From positions 12,214,001-12,278,000 of the forward strand of contig OZ004610.1 in assembly GCA_963924565.1 (NCBI GenBank): a stretch of DNA of 64,000 bases. Reading direction: 5' to 3'. A program made the position numbers and the translations under genes. This document shows, in pieces, positions 24,401 to 38,690 of the stretch (positions within the stretch are counted from its first letter, which is position 1; every line of letters begins with the position of its first letter). Under the pieces are notes generated by a model. That model saw only the letters and a list, made by a program, of their open reading frames with translations. It had not been told where the DNA came from and did not search any database. The DNA is from Ascidiella aspersa (taxonomy: Eukaryota).

Positions 24401-27400
24401 GCACTGAGCCGGGGTGAAAATCGCGGCTGCAAAAGCAACGTGTGGGCGAAGCTGGTTTTTCGGTCGACATCGGTCAAATCCGCACTTACATGTTTTCCAG
24501 TGGATGGGTACTTTTTTTAACGGTCCACCCTATTTTTGTTAACAGTTTTACAAAAAAGGGAGATGTATATATAAAATTCAAGGGTATATCTTGCCATTTT
24601 GCTATGACGAAAACCACGAGGTAAAAATGAAGAACACTTGGTTTGCCGATGATATTTTTTGTACCTAATTCAAACTGTCGAAACAAGCTTCAAGTTCCAA
24701 GTACTTGTGGGAGGGCCTGCGAACAAATTAAACGCTATCGGAAGAGAAATGAGCATATCGAGACTAAACGTCCTCAATTTCAGTTAAATCCACTCGGGCA
24801 GCGCGGACTTTAACAGCAACACTGGGAAAAACACCGCTCGATTTGGCTTAATAAACGCGCTAAGTGCACTGTGCGATAATTACGTCTCCGGATAAATCGG
24901 GACAATTTTCTCAGCAGCACTACATAAATAGCGAAATAATTGCATCGCGTGGTTACCTGAACGAAATAAATGATTACGTTCGATTTTCCTCTTACACATC
25001 GCACTTGTTGATTTCAAGTTTGTTTTAATCGCGTTCGGCGCTAAACGTGATTACATTTTGTGTATTTAATACCGAAAGACTTGGCTACGTGCAAATCAAC
25101 ATGTATGCGCACAAATCCGAAAGGCGAATGATTCCTAAAGTATAATAAATTGAAAGTTTTATTACATATAGTCACAGGATTTGCGTTATAGAAATACCAA
25201 ATCAACAGATAATTGCAATTGGGCTGATTAAACAAAACAGCGAGCGAGTGTTGCTTGGAAATTGCGCCCCCAGGCAAACACGATTCAAGAGGTTTTACAT
25301 ATAACGGATCAAAAACGAGGATGGCACTATACGTTAAATCGATTCAGGTGAATACTCCCGAACCTTGACCCTTGCACTACCTACGTCACACTAATGACCA
25401 GTGGGGCGACGAAAGAAGTGCCTAAGGTCAACGACTGCCTTTGATGCGGCAGGATACAAAAGAAGCACTTAAGGTGCGTAACCTCCGGAGAACAAAGAGA
25501 CCTTAACCGCGTTTTCGTTGAAATGGAAATACTTCTCCGCATGATGTTTACTTAGAGTAGAATTCCCGAAAGCATCGTTCGTGATGAAGCGTACTAAAGA
25601 AGTCGGGGATTTATCCATAAAAGGTTGACATTTCCAAATATAAAATATATCGCGGAGTTACTGGACTACCAGGTAAACTGATATAACGGTTTCGGTGAAT
25701 TAATTGCGATCAAGCAAATCCTTAATAAATATATAAATTGTTGAAATCAGAGAAAGTGCTTTTATACAATTTTATAAAATGTAGGCCACTAATTAAAACG
25801 CACACTTTCGGTTGTAAACTTTCAAGTTAGACTGAGTTAAACATTCTATTTGAATAAGAGACTGATGATGCCGTGATTGGCGAAATATATTTCTCTTTTA
25901 TAAACTAGAACCTATAGTGACTGATTTTGACTGAGACAAGAAAGTCTATACTGTTTTGCTACCATTCGAAGTCATTGTCGTCACTAACGTGCATTAGGGC
26001 GAGGAGATATCTTCTTTTTCAAATATTCGGTTTGCATAGACTGAGTTATTGTGATTTTAGGAAATATTGTGGTGAAAAAAGAACAAAAAAAATATCAGCC
26101 TCCCTGTAGAGCACGAGTAATCGTATGTATGTGTCTTGTGTAATAACAGTAATACTGCTTCAAAACAAAGATAACATATAAAAAAGCAACCAGCAGTTGG
26201 TTTATTCGCTTGAAACCCATATCACTAGCAGAAAAAGTAAACTAAACTCAACAGACATATCATTAGGAAAACACGTACAGCGTAAACCGATATGACTTTA
26301 GCAATATGATAATGGTGGAGTTATACCAACAAACTCCCAGACCCAGGACTGTAATCGCACAAGAAACATTGCTATACTTAGAGCGGAAAATTTTAAGGAA
26401 AAACACATTTCCAATCTGCAAACTGGGTTCGGCATTCGACATAGTTAGGGAGTAAATGTGCAAACTGTACATGGCGTTTAAAAAAAGAAATTGGTTTGTG
26501 TAGAAACTTTTAGTTTATTGGTTGCAAACATGTTACGTTTATGTCGAACACTGCCAACACCCAGCACTTTTGTGGAAAATAGGTCGTGTAAGGGCTCATG
26601 AAAATGTCTTTGAAGGAACATGTAAACAGGTGAAACTGGTGAAAAAAGTACGCTGGAGTCAACGCTTTATCCCAATTTGTTTAAAAGCAATGTGTTTATT
26701 AAAATTGCTAAAACCTTATTCGAAGTTTTATTGCCGAAATAAAGTTTGAAATTGGGGCGTGAAAAAATCTGTTAGCTTTTTAACAAGGTGACGTTGAACC
26801 CAATTTTCTACAGACTTGCGTGGGCATACGTTAATAAGTTGTAAACTGTGTTTGGAACAGGGGTTAGTGGGACCCCACACTTTGAACGCCAGCTGATAAA
26901 CAAAGAAGAGTCGCATTCTCGATTACTCGTGGCCGGTGTAGCCAGCAGCATTCGGACTCAAGATATCAGCTGCCCGCCACGAAAGGCCCACGTAGTAATT
27001 TCCCAATAACAAACAACAGCGGTGACCACGCGCGCGTTTAACGCCGCTAATTGCAAGTTGGCCGCGAAACGACGACCGCGAACCTGGCGCCCGGTGCCAG
27101 TGAGCGCCGTCCCGAGAGTTCCGGGCGTTTCGGCCGTCGTAAAAAAACAAAAAGTCCCGGGCCGAACCCGGCAATTAACAGAGCTCCTGCAAACGCCGAT
27201 ACAGATTCCGGGTTGCTGACAGACAGCGAGTTCACTGGGCAGATATGCCTCGTGCGCCAAATTCGGTGTTACGATTCCGGCGGCAGTTATTTGCGGGCGA
27301 GCAGAGGCGCGTCTCTTTGCCACGAGAGGATTTGTTCAAGTATCTAACAATTGCTGCTGGTGCGCGCGGGCGCACTTGCAAGGCGATGAGCCCACTTTGG

Positions 27401-30400
27401 CGATCGTCGCGATTAGCCGTGGATCCGTTCTGCATTGGACCCGCCCACTGACCTACATATGTGGCCCAAAGGTCACGTCTCTTGGGTCTCGACTCGAACG
27501 CTAAAACAAAAAAATCTCGACTCAATCGCAAAAATGCACAGAAAATGAATGAAAAACGTAACGCAACGATAGAACTCATTGCGATGAAAATACAAAAAAT
27601 AATAAATATTTTTGACATTTCGTATAAAATACTAAACAATCGATTTTTTGTAATACGTGCATTATAAGTAGGGACCGCATTGCATATATTCATGTTGTCG
27701 TCTTTCGTTTCGAAAAAAACATAATTGTCTGAGAAATGCACTGTAATCCGGATAATTCCAGGACACAAACAAGCCTAAATCAAGATCGATTGCTTTCAAC
27801 GAACACTGAGAGCTCTTTGAATTCGTACTGCACAATGGCGCCATCAGTTATACCTGGTATGAATAACTAGGCCAAAAGTGGATTCCCCGTGAAGAGTAGA
27901 AACAAACGAATACCTGTTTTTAATGTCCATGCATGCAAATTACCAAGTTGCGATTTGGCCCTGAAGGGAGTAAAAGAGTTAAGGCGCGAGGCATAAGGTT
28001 GGAGAGGCCTTATAGCAGCCTCGCTGTAAGGAGATATTGACATAACAGCGCATTACCGAAGCCAGCAGGGGATTTAAAACAGATCGATCACAGACGTCGA
28101 TTGTCTCCTGGCCAAAAGGAGTCGCCCGTTCTTATAATGGCCTCGGTGCTGGATTGCTTGAGGGTAAAGTTATATTATTATCGCCCAGAGAGGGTTGGCT
28201 GGGTTTTAAAAAGAAATTCAAGATAACAGAAAAATTGGAATGGCCGAAGTACAACGTTTCATTTGATTTGTACTTGGTCATATTTAAAATTTATTGTTGA
28301 ACAATGTACTGTTTTAAAGTGCGTGCTTTTCAGTGAAAAAGACGTCTGCATACTTGAGGCAGTAAGAGAAAAATATCTGCATGTTTTTTTAAAAAAACAC
28401 TTTTCAATTTTTTTGTTATATTCTTTTTACGATTTTTTTGTAATCATCTTAAATTGCTTGTCGCATTTTATTGCTCGTCGTGAATTCTAGTCAATTTATA
28501 ACAAGAATCGCAATCCATAAACTGTGGCTTAGGTCACGGGTTAAATGAACCTGCGGTTGGAAGTGTATGTACAATGCACACCGGCGCAACAGACGTCGCA
28601 CGAGAAATAACCGGTTTAACTTTCCAAGATAGCTAACGGCAACATGCGGAATGACGCACGAAAGAAACCAGCAAAGAACGTGACGCAATGTGCGGACGCC
28701 CGATTGGCGGTAAATATCCGGCGAAATCTAAACTTGGAACCGCCGGGTCGCCGCAGATGCGGATTGCGCGAACTCGGGTTTGTCCGAGTCGAAATTGAAC
28801 TCACTGCCTGCTTGGCAACATTCGTTGGTCAAGTTAAATATATTAATCATTCCTCATAACTTCCTTGGTTGCAAGTAGTGGTGTCTATAAACAGTACCCA
28901 GTGTGGTTAAAAATAATGTTTATACCGTTCTATATTTACTTTAATAAACCAAACCTAAAAAAATATCATTTTAGTTTACAAAGTAGTTTTTTTGGGAGGC
29001 GATGTTGGGGAATTGAAGTCCAGTTTCTAAGCATGAGTTGGAATCACACAAAAAAGCGAAAAGAAGCAGCTCAAGGACTTTAAATCAGTCAAGCATACTA
29101 TGGGCCGAGTGCGTTGTAAATTCAGATAAAGTGTAAAGAGGGGCCGGTGCGCCAGGTCCAGAAAATTTTGGAAGCCTGTAATATCCGGTAAACAAGGTGC
29201 GCGGCACGAGCGGGCAATCTGCTGCAAGTGAACCGCAGCAAAGGCTGACCGGCGCTCGACGACGGCTCTTGTCATGTGTCGCGATTCGCTGCGCGATAAG
29301 CGGCTTTGCCGACTTCTTATCGGGTCACGTGACCTGTTTTTGCTGGCGGTTGTTGCGTGCGATAGAATCGGTCCCTAACGCCATTCGGGGAGCCTCGGCA
29401 ATGACGATAAAGCGTCTTGTTTGTGGACGGTTGGCCGCCGATCCGCTTAGAGTCGGGCCTTAACCACATTTCGCCATGTAAAGCCCCGTCACGTTCTTAT
29501 CGCGATGCATTCAACAAATATCGGCGGCTCATCGCTTTTTGGTAGCATGCGACTCCGGGTAAGTTAACTCAAGTCAAGAAAGTAAATCGCGTTTTTATGG
29601 CCGCCTTTGCTGTTATCTATTATAAAAATGTAAAAAAATACTTTTGAATGGAAACTGGAATTTTTCAGTAAAACGTATTTATTTGACAAATTACGTGAAA
29701 CATATGCGAAACGTTTGTTTCGTAAAACGGCCTGATTGTTTTAAAACTATACCTTTGCGGCAAGGAAAAGGTTTTCGGCCTATTAACATCTTTTGTATAG
29801 CACAGTCTAAATTGCTACAAAAAATTTCCAATTTGAAGCCAACGACTTAACCTCAATTTTTTGCCCTGGTTTAAAATCGACTTGTTTGCACACCGTAGGA
29901 GAAAACCACCCGTTATCGCAAATCGCCCGACTGCAAGCTTGCACAAATGCAACACATGCAACAGCAACACTTCTTCGCGACGCGAGTTTCAAAACCGCAA
30001 AACATGTTTTTGACGAAAAATGAGATGTCCATCTTTTCGTTCTTATCTGGCCAATCGCTGTCACAGACTCGCAGATCGTTGGCGGTGATATAGAAGCGCC
30101 AACCGCGCACACAAAGACGTCCAGTGTGCTCAAGGTTATTGACGACATTTTGATTGTAGCCAGCAAGACGAAGGCAACAAAGCGTGGTAGCTGTTCGATG
30201 CTGCAGTGAGATACATCTATCTCTGTAGGAATGCAATAAACAAACTACCACTGCATTGCGTGCGATAGTGATTTGGCCATAGAAAGGCTTATTGCATTTT
30301 TTTTACAAAGTTACGGCTGTGGAGAATTTCTCTAAACTACCGCCTCACGAATTTAAGTTTTTTCTACTGGTAAATAAAATATTTGTTTAAAATGTGTTGA

Positions 30401-33400
30401 AAACACTGAAAACAATAAACCTTTAATTTATTTGAAATCAGACATCGATTATTGAGGCATTTTGATCGGAAGTTGGTTTAATGTGAGTCGGCATATTTTG
30501 TTCACAAGTTTACTTGTTTGCTAGGCTTAGAAAAAAAATAGAAAAAAATAATAGAAAAAATAAATAATTAAAATGAGAAATAAATACAATCATTTGCCCT
30601 TGTCGTGGTAATATTTTAAAATACTGCTAACCAACACTACCGAACTCTAACACGGTAGTCATTAAAGAACCTTTTCAAGCATGGGTCATTTCCAGGAGTG
30701 TGATACGATACAACAGCAACAAACCTTACCCCTTCACTATCCGGCCTTGTTTGTACGAGCGAGCCATTTGCCGACCGTCTGCAGTGATGCGCGTCAAGCC
30801 TTGACGCTTGAGCGGTAAGAGGCGAACGTGGTGACAAACGGAACAGAGAAAATCTAATTATAACTGCAGTCGGTAACGAAAGATGCAGGAGGGCCAAGGC
30901 GTGACGTGACGTGTGCAAGCGGCGACGATGACGCTTTGGCAGACCTTTACCGATTCGCCGATATTGGGATCGAAAAGAAGCGTTGAAAATAAAACGGTTC
31001 GAGAAGCAATATCGCGCTTTCGCCAGGCTTACTTTACAGAACGGGTGTACGCTTGATCCTAACCTCGGTACGCATATAGTTACTTGCGCGCTAGTTTAGG
31101 AAGGTTTAAGTGCGATCTTTTGTGTGCATTGTTAAATCTGTGTTGACATGTCGCCTTTGCTACGAAAACGCGGCACCACGAGCAAAATCCCTGTTACCCA
31201 CATGATTTTTCCTTCGCAATGTCCATTTCGGAGTTGTACGCAGTTTCACCATTTACTTAAACGAATAAAGCTCTTTTGGTAGTTACGTCACCGCCAGTCC
31301 CATGGGCCGACAAATCACCCGCCTCCCCCGAGTTCGTATCATTTTTGAAAGGTTAAGTAAACGGCTCTACTTTGTAAAAACACGTGAAGCCCATCCGCTG
31401 AAATAATAAGTGTTGAGTAGGCGAAAACGTTACTGCAGAGGCGGGCTTGCCGGGATGAGGATTTCTTGTTTTTGCAATAAAGTTGATTTAGGTTCGTGAA
31501 ATGAGGAGACAGTTAAAATATTTACAAGTTAAATAAAAATAAATCACAAAACCTTAGCAAAAGAGTTAAATGAAACACCTATACGAAAATGTATTAGCAC
31601 ATATTGTACGACCCAAAATCGTTCGTAAAAACAGATATAATCGGGCAATGTTTTCAGGTTATTAGAGGTAAATTTGCTTTAGTAATAAATTAAGTTCGAC
31701 ATTTAATCGTGAACTTTCTATTTTTCGATAAGTTACCTTTTAAGTTACATATCGATGCATTTGATCGGAAATTTATGCTGGAATACTTTAATATTATCGG
31801 ATCGGCCCCGGTTCCCCGCAGTTTGGACCAGTATCGATACTATCAATTAGCGTCGGGTATCAGTTCCCAACGACATAGCTATAAAACAGTTGCGCGCTGC
31901 CAACGATGACAAATAGCGACATAACTGATTACACATACTGACATACACAAAAAACTCGATTGGTGATATCGTAAGCAGGGGATACGCAAGAAGCAGCAGG
32001 CGGCTTGTCGATAGTTTTCGCCCACGCAAACTGACCTGACGGTTTACTGACCATTGATGCGTGGGTTCGCGTAATATTCTGCCAACAATAGAAGCTGCCG
32101 ATCGAGGAATAATGCATAGTTTGCAGCGATACGGAGCGAATCAAATATCAGCCTGGCATTGTTTTTCTGCTTTAATTGCGAAACCAGCGTGGTTGCACAA
32201 TGGACATAAATGCGAAGACAATGGGATGCCGATTACAAATACCTCGCCCAGAAGCCCCGAACAATTCGCGAGAATATGTATTGAAACGACAGGGTGTCGG
32301 TTTTAAAGTTTTTTCTAACAGCAAGACACCGACGCTGATTTTACAGAAGATCGACAGTATATTACGTACACAACGCAAATCATTAGAATTTGCCAAAAAT
32401 AGACGGTTGCGAAATTACCAGGTGAATCAAAGACATAAAACGCCCCTGAACAAGTATCCTTAATATTTTACGTTTGAGATGAGCGAATGCTTTCCTATTT
32501 GACAACGTCGACCGCTAACTATTTGTGGCTGAAAAATATTTTACGCGAAAAAACAGAACGAAGATTTACTTGAAAAACCAAAACTTAAAATCGAACAAAA
32601 ACAATTATAGACTTTGACAACATCTGAAACTCAAGGAATCTTCATTAAATTCCAGCAGGTGCGGTCACAAACATAGGCCAGTGTCTGCCCAGCCCAGTAG
32701 CCGAGCTTATAGACGGCCACTTGACATTCGGCACTCGAGCAATAATGAATGACCTTTCGACGGCCGAAAACAACGGGATTAAACTTTGGCTGGATCGGAA
32801 CTGGGCGACGCCAACTCCGCCGATCCGATTACCAGCGATCGAAGTTGAGAATTTCGGATTAGTGCAGAAGGACGGGGCTCCGGGCGGAAGCGCGCAACGG
32901 TTTTGAGATTTTTAAGTACTTTTTAAGCGTATGGAAATATGTTGCTGTGCGTCAGCTGATTAGCTTAACTTAAGAGTCAGCAATCTTTTTTTCGCGAGCG
33001 ACCGATGGGCGGGGAATTTGGGGATCGCCAACACCGTTTTTGTGTTTATGTAACGGTGGTTTTGTTTAGAACAGGAATTTTATGGGTAAATTGGAGGTAA
33101 TTTGGGCACAGGTTATGTGTTTTTACGGTATTTGGCAAATTATGGCCTTCAAATAAAATAAAAAAAAGAGTCATCAATAAAGTTTATGCGTTACGTTGTA
33201 CTACCGGAATTCTGGTGCCATGCTTAATGCTAAATTATTGCGCGTTCGCAGTGTTCGTCCTTCTTCGTCAACAACAAAATATCGATTTTTTTGCATAGAA
33301 CAACAATAAATAGGGGTTGCGCATCACATGGCGTATGTTAAGAACAGAGCGAGCGGAACTTTACTTTGGTTACGAAAACACAAGTTAAAGGTACCAATGT

Positions 33401-36400
33401 AATAAAGCTAACCGGCGAACTCGCAGGTTGCATAGAGATTTTTTAATTTTCCTCAGAAATCTTTTCCTCGTTTTAATCAATTACTCGAGTGTCTAAAAAT
33501 AGCGTCGCCTTCCAGCGACAGGAGTTACCTCACGAACAAACATCGGCAGCGCGCTTTTTACGACCGATCGCGCAGAGCTCTCGTATATGGTGACGTCAAT
33601 TCGACGTGAAATCCAAACAACTTTGAGCAGTAAAATTCGTTTTCGGCTCGTAATAATGCGGCAAAGTGAAAATGGAAGCCGCACAGGCCTGGTTGCAGGA
33701 GGAGGTTACTAGGTGGATGAAAGAAAGGTACGGCCTTTTCAGCCAGTTGTGGTTACGGTTGCTACTGTGCGTGGTGGTTGTACAAAGTGGTATGCCGTAA
33801 AACTATAAAGGGCGGCTATTTTGTTGCTTTCCGTTGTGCGCCTGGTTTAGGTTCTGTGGCAATGTCTTCAGGCATCATCGCTCACTTTAGTGAAAAACGC
33901 GGCAGCTGTAATTCAGATTGTCAACATGTAATGCGTAATGCATATTTCACATTATAAAAACGTAATCCATCTACAAATACAAAATATTTTGCAATGGTGA
34001 TGGGGAAATGAAGGTAAAATATTGCCGCTTACTTTGTACGGTTTGGATATAAAATATATAATGCAAATTTTCCCTAAAAATGCGACCAAGCAAAGAAAAA
34101 AGTGGCTGGAGGCAGATGATCACTTTAAAACATACCCTTAAAACTGTACACACGACTTTAATACTCACCTTATCACAACGCTATATAAGTTTACTCGGGC
34201 ATCTGGTCAAATATAATTTTAAATCATTACGTCAGGTTAATCCAAGAAAATAAACCATCGCCATTAAATGAGATAGTTAACGGCGACAGGATATATGGAC
34301 GTAAAATATTGGGAGTTCAAGTCGATTTATGTGGCAGTAACCTTTTGCGACAAACGAAACGACTTTATAACAAAAAGACACGATTTCCCTGGCTTTCCTG
34401 CCAACAACACACTTTGAATAGCCTGGGAACACCAAACTAAAAAGGTGGCACCACAAGTAGCGTCAGTACTGAAATCAGTTTGCCGGTATTTATTTGCAGG
34501 CAAGTAATTTGGCCGCTAAAAAGCAGGCCTGATTAAAAAAGGAGGCAACCTTAAGATAACGCGAAAAGAAAACAAAAAAATATGGTCCGGCGGATGGCTT
34601 GACAACATTCAAAACCCTCCTAACGTCCGAGGTTACGAACAAATGTAAAAAAGAAACAAGAGGTGCGCGATAAATTCGTGCTTCCCATGCGTACAGTTAT
34701 AGCGATGGGAACCGCGCAGATGCAAAAATCGAGAAACGGCCAAATTAATAGGCTTGGCGTCATCGGGAGCGTATTCGAGGGTCTTGCAGTAGGTAGTTGG
34801 CATTCGCGGGCGCGCAGGTCGACGGTCGGTCGTCGGCCAACAGGGCAATTCGACACCTGTGAGCGGTCCACGGTTACGTCAGCGCCGCTTCTGTCGCGGA
34901 AGCAATCAACAAACGAACGACGGCCGATTGCGAATGCGCGAACGCAAAGGCGACTAAAATTGGGCGGATTTAAATGGCGCGACGATCGCCTGCCAGCCAA
35001 ATGCAGCGGTCGCCAGAAGGAAAAGAGAAACGTACCCAAGCGCCGATTACAAGTTTTTTCCTTTACTAAGGCGAAGGAAACAAACGGTTTGAGTGTTGTG
35101 TTGTACGGTCGGCGTTTGTTGGGCAACAAAGCGCCCGAAATGAACGCGTCACATGACCACATGCTACTGCACACAATCGAAGTCAAAAAGCGGCAAGTAA
35201 TCTGCGGCCAGTCAAAGTCCTGTTTGTTCCTGTGTTGTTTGTCAAACGGAGGCGGAATCGGCGACAAAAACTGTTAAGAGTGATGCAGAGCAGTTCGCGA
35301 TTAAAACGCGTTAACGTAAACAGACTTTTTACAGGAGGAAACGAGCGGCTTGTGTAATCATGCACCTGCATAAGTACACCGGCCGGTTCGAGAGGTATTG
35401 AGAACGCAAACGGATGACACAATCATAAGGACGCAAACATTTACGTTTTATGCGACGAAGGACGGTGTCAAACAGATGCAACTCGACCTATTGGCCCCGT
35501 AGAACATTTATTTTTACGACACGTGTTTGAAAGGAAGCAAGTTTCGAAGCGCGATTCGCAGAATTTCGGAAGTGCGTTCGGGTTATGGATGTATTGTACG
35601 GACGGCTGACATAGGCGGGAGTAGAACATAAACAAAGTTCGTGCAATATTGCTTATCGACACTAGACGCAGAACAATGAAAAACTGGCTTCAAAACATTC
35701 GCAATTTAATATCTTGAAACATAGAAATCAATTGGTGAAAGTGTTTTTTAAAGCAGCTTAAATCTTCTATTTTCTTGCTAAACAAACAATTCCTTAAAAA
35801 AGAATTAATTTTCAGGCTGGAATGCGTTCGAAATAGAACGCCTTGTAACCGAGTTAAACACGCTGGCAACAACGCACTCCCATGGCGCCACAATTGGTGC
35901 GGGCTTGCAACAAAAGCCAACCAAGATGTTAACCTTTCGAACCATTCGGTCGGGCCGGTGGGTTACCAAGCAGCGCTGGCGAGTTGGCATCCGACTAAGG
36001 ATGCAACTCCCTCGACGAGTCGTTAAACACGGCTGCGCAGCGCCTATCTTCGTCGCCTGTCAGCTGAAGCAAAACGCGCAACCCGACGCCAATCGCACCG
36101 AGAATAGAGAGCACAATAACAGAGCCGGCCTGTGAAAACAAGGTCAGAGCGACAACGTCCAAAAACGCGGGCGACGATGTCAACTCTCTGACTTGGTATT
36201 TGTGCCACTTGTAGCAACGCTGCGGCGCGAAAACGGAAATGTGACATTGCGAGCGAACAATAAACTCCTTAAGGCCACGTACACGTTTAAGAATAACAAA
36301 ATATTGAGACCAGTTGTAATACGAAAGCCAACCCGAAGCCTATGAAAAAAACAAGATGAGTTAAGCTCATTGAAGATCGGTTCGCCTGCCAAATTTTGTC

Positions 36401-38025
36401 AAACCAGCGGTGTTTTACTCTACGAAGATGAGCAGTTAAGGATTAAATACAAACTTCAAACAAGCTATTTTTTATTTTATCGACAACGCAACTTAGAAAA
36501 ATGTCGAACAACAGACTTTCTTATTTTTAAAAACACTTCTTTACAGCTTACACCTTTGGTTTATTTTATCGACGCAAGACGAACGTACACTGTAACATAG
36601 GTTTAGGGCTCTAAGGCTAGGCGACTATAAGGTGTTGACAGGCGCATTTCAAGATTCGCTTAAACAGCACCTCACGTGTTTGGATTGATATAATTGAACG
36701 ATATTGTTTAATCAGTTTTATCGGAGAGGGCAACAAACAGGGGATTGCGCCTAGAAGTTGTGTAAAAACACCGAAGTGCTAAGGTTTGGTGCGATTCTTC
36801 ATCGCCAAACGACATCGATCTTTTTGATCCATACATAAAGCGCAATCGATTCTCTCCGGGTTGCAAAGCCGTCGGAATCGACAAAACGGCCGGCGTTACA
36901 TAATAATCGGCTCAACGGTCGTGTTTGCGGCGCGTCGCAGGTTTAATGTCGAAACAAAGGGCGGGGTGAACTGAACCGACGGAACGGTAAATATTGACCG
37001 TCGGAGAGGCAAGAAGATAGAGCAGTGTACGGGGAGTATAGGGGAATCTAACTGCATCCTGCGCGTGGCTAAACGCCGGCATTTGGGGTAATAAACTTCG
37101 ACCTGGTCGCAAATTGAAACTCGGCAGCGTTGGTTTCCTGGCGCCGCGCTGTTTGACTAGTGGTCCGCTTAACGAAGTAGTACTGGAGCGCTGAAAATTG
37201 TTGCTTCGGTTTTTGCGACGGATCGGGTCGCGGCTTCTCGCCGTGTCGAGGCACAGAGAAAGTTCTGAAGGTAAAAACGCGATCAAGGTTTCTTTTGAGT
37301 GTGAAGAAGGCCCAAAACGCTAGGCTACAGGAATAGAAACACCGCATAAAATACAGTTAATTACGAACTTTTTTCGTAGGGCATAAAATAATTAAGTCTG
37401 TTAACAATGAAGATCAATAAACCATGGTTACGATCTTCCATTTTAAAGAGGGTATGGCGGGGGTGTTTATTTGTTTACATTTCAAGTTGAAAATAGTTGG
37501 TTTGTAACTACTAAACGTCATGGCCCGTATATTGGTAAAGGTGAAAAAACGCCGAAAGCAACGCAAAAATCACTATGTCTTATGTATTTTGTTTTCAGGT
37601 TATTTTTTTCGTTTCAGCAAAGTGACACAAAAGAACCCGGCAAGACGAAAAAAGGGCGACCGAGAAAAAAAGAAAAAGGCTGTAAAACGACAAAAACAAT
37701 GTCACGTGTTTGGCCGTGATCACGTGATTGCAGATGGAATGCGCCCGAAGGGTTGGCCTACTTTTTGGAGCGAACACTGGCATTGCGGCAATCTGCACAG
37801 CTTCGTGCTCTATTTAAACCAGTTCACTTCAATGTTTACGCTTTTTACATATGTCCGTTTTATGTTTAACGATCAACGCGTGATGCCTCACAAATGAAAC
37901 CTTTTTATTGGAATAAGAAATTTAAACGCTTGGAATTCAATAAAACGTCCTGTTTTTCCCGTTTAAAACCCAACATTTGCTCATCAAGTCCTTAAATTTT
38001 AAAACGCAGTTGGTTAATGCTAGAG

Positions 38026-38178
38026 CAGGGGTTCCCAAACTTGGGCTATGGCCGTTTTTAATGTACTATCCTGTTTAAACCATTGTTTTTAAATTAAACT
38101 GACGTTTCTCAACACTTTTGATTGATTTCTCAAAATTTTCAAAGGGGGCCACGGTGTAAAAAAGGTTGGGAACCCCTG
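38026..38178. mobile_element. Non-autonomous hAT (Charlie/Buster-like) MITE, 153 bp
   Basis: Left end CAGGGGTTCCCAAACTT; right end reverse-complements to CAGGGGTTCCCAACCTT (16/17 match). Perfect 8-bp TSD TGCTAGAG at 38018-38025 and 38179-38186. No coding capacity. Confidence 0.92.
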
Positions 38179-38665
38179 TGCTAGAGCCTAGAACCCTGCG
38201 CGGCACAACCGTCGCGTACTGTTTGTTTTAAAAAACAGTATATGCTTCCGTGTGTGTCAACTTGTGGCGCTCTTGACGAAAGAAGGGTTCCAGATGCAGC
38301 TTTAACGCGTTTGCAAATTTTATTGTCGCGAACGCAGCGGGAAACCTCTGCAGTGGCGCGTGTAATCCAGAGATACAGTCATCGGCCCTGACCCAGCCTC
38401 GAGTTTACCTTGTATTGCGCTGTGTGAGTGTGTAGTGTGCAAAATACCTCTTTGTTATGCAAACGCTCGGCTCCCTTCTTTTGTTTATATGGAAAGAGCC
38501 GGCCGCCTTCAAGAGTGGCCATGTAAACAAACCAGTACGTAGGCTGGGCCCAAGACGTCGTCGAACTCGCCCAGGTTCAAATTAAAAAGCGACAAAAACA
38601 CAGAAAAAAAGCAATGTATTACTATCCGCCGAATGTAGCGGGACTTGGCCTAAGCTTTAATTTTC

Positions 38666-38690
38666 ATTGGCTCCGCGTTGATCACGTGAC
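38666..38690 (-). promoter_or_regulatory. Candidate E-box/CCAAT composite element
   Basis: ATTGG (38666-38670), 12 nt, then CACGTG (38683-38688) in the context ATCACGTGAC. Confidence 0.45.
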
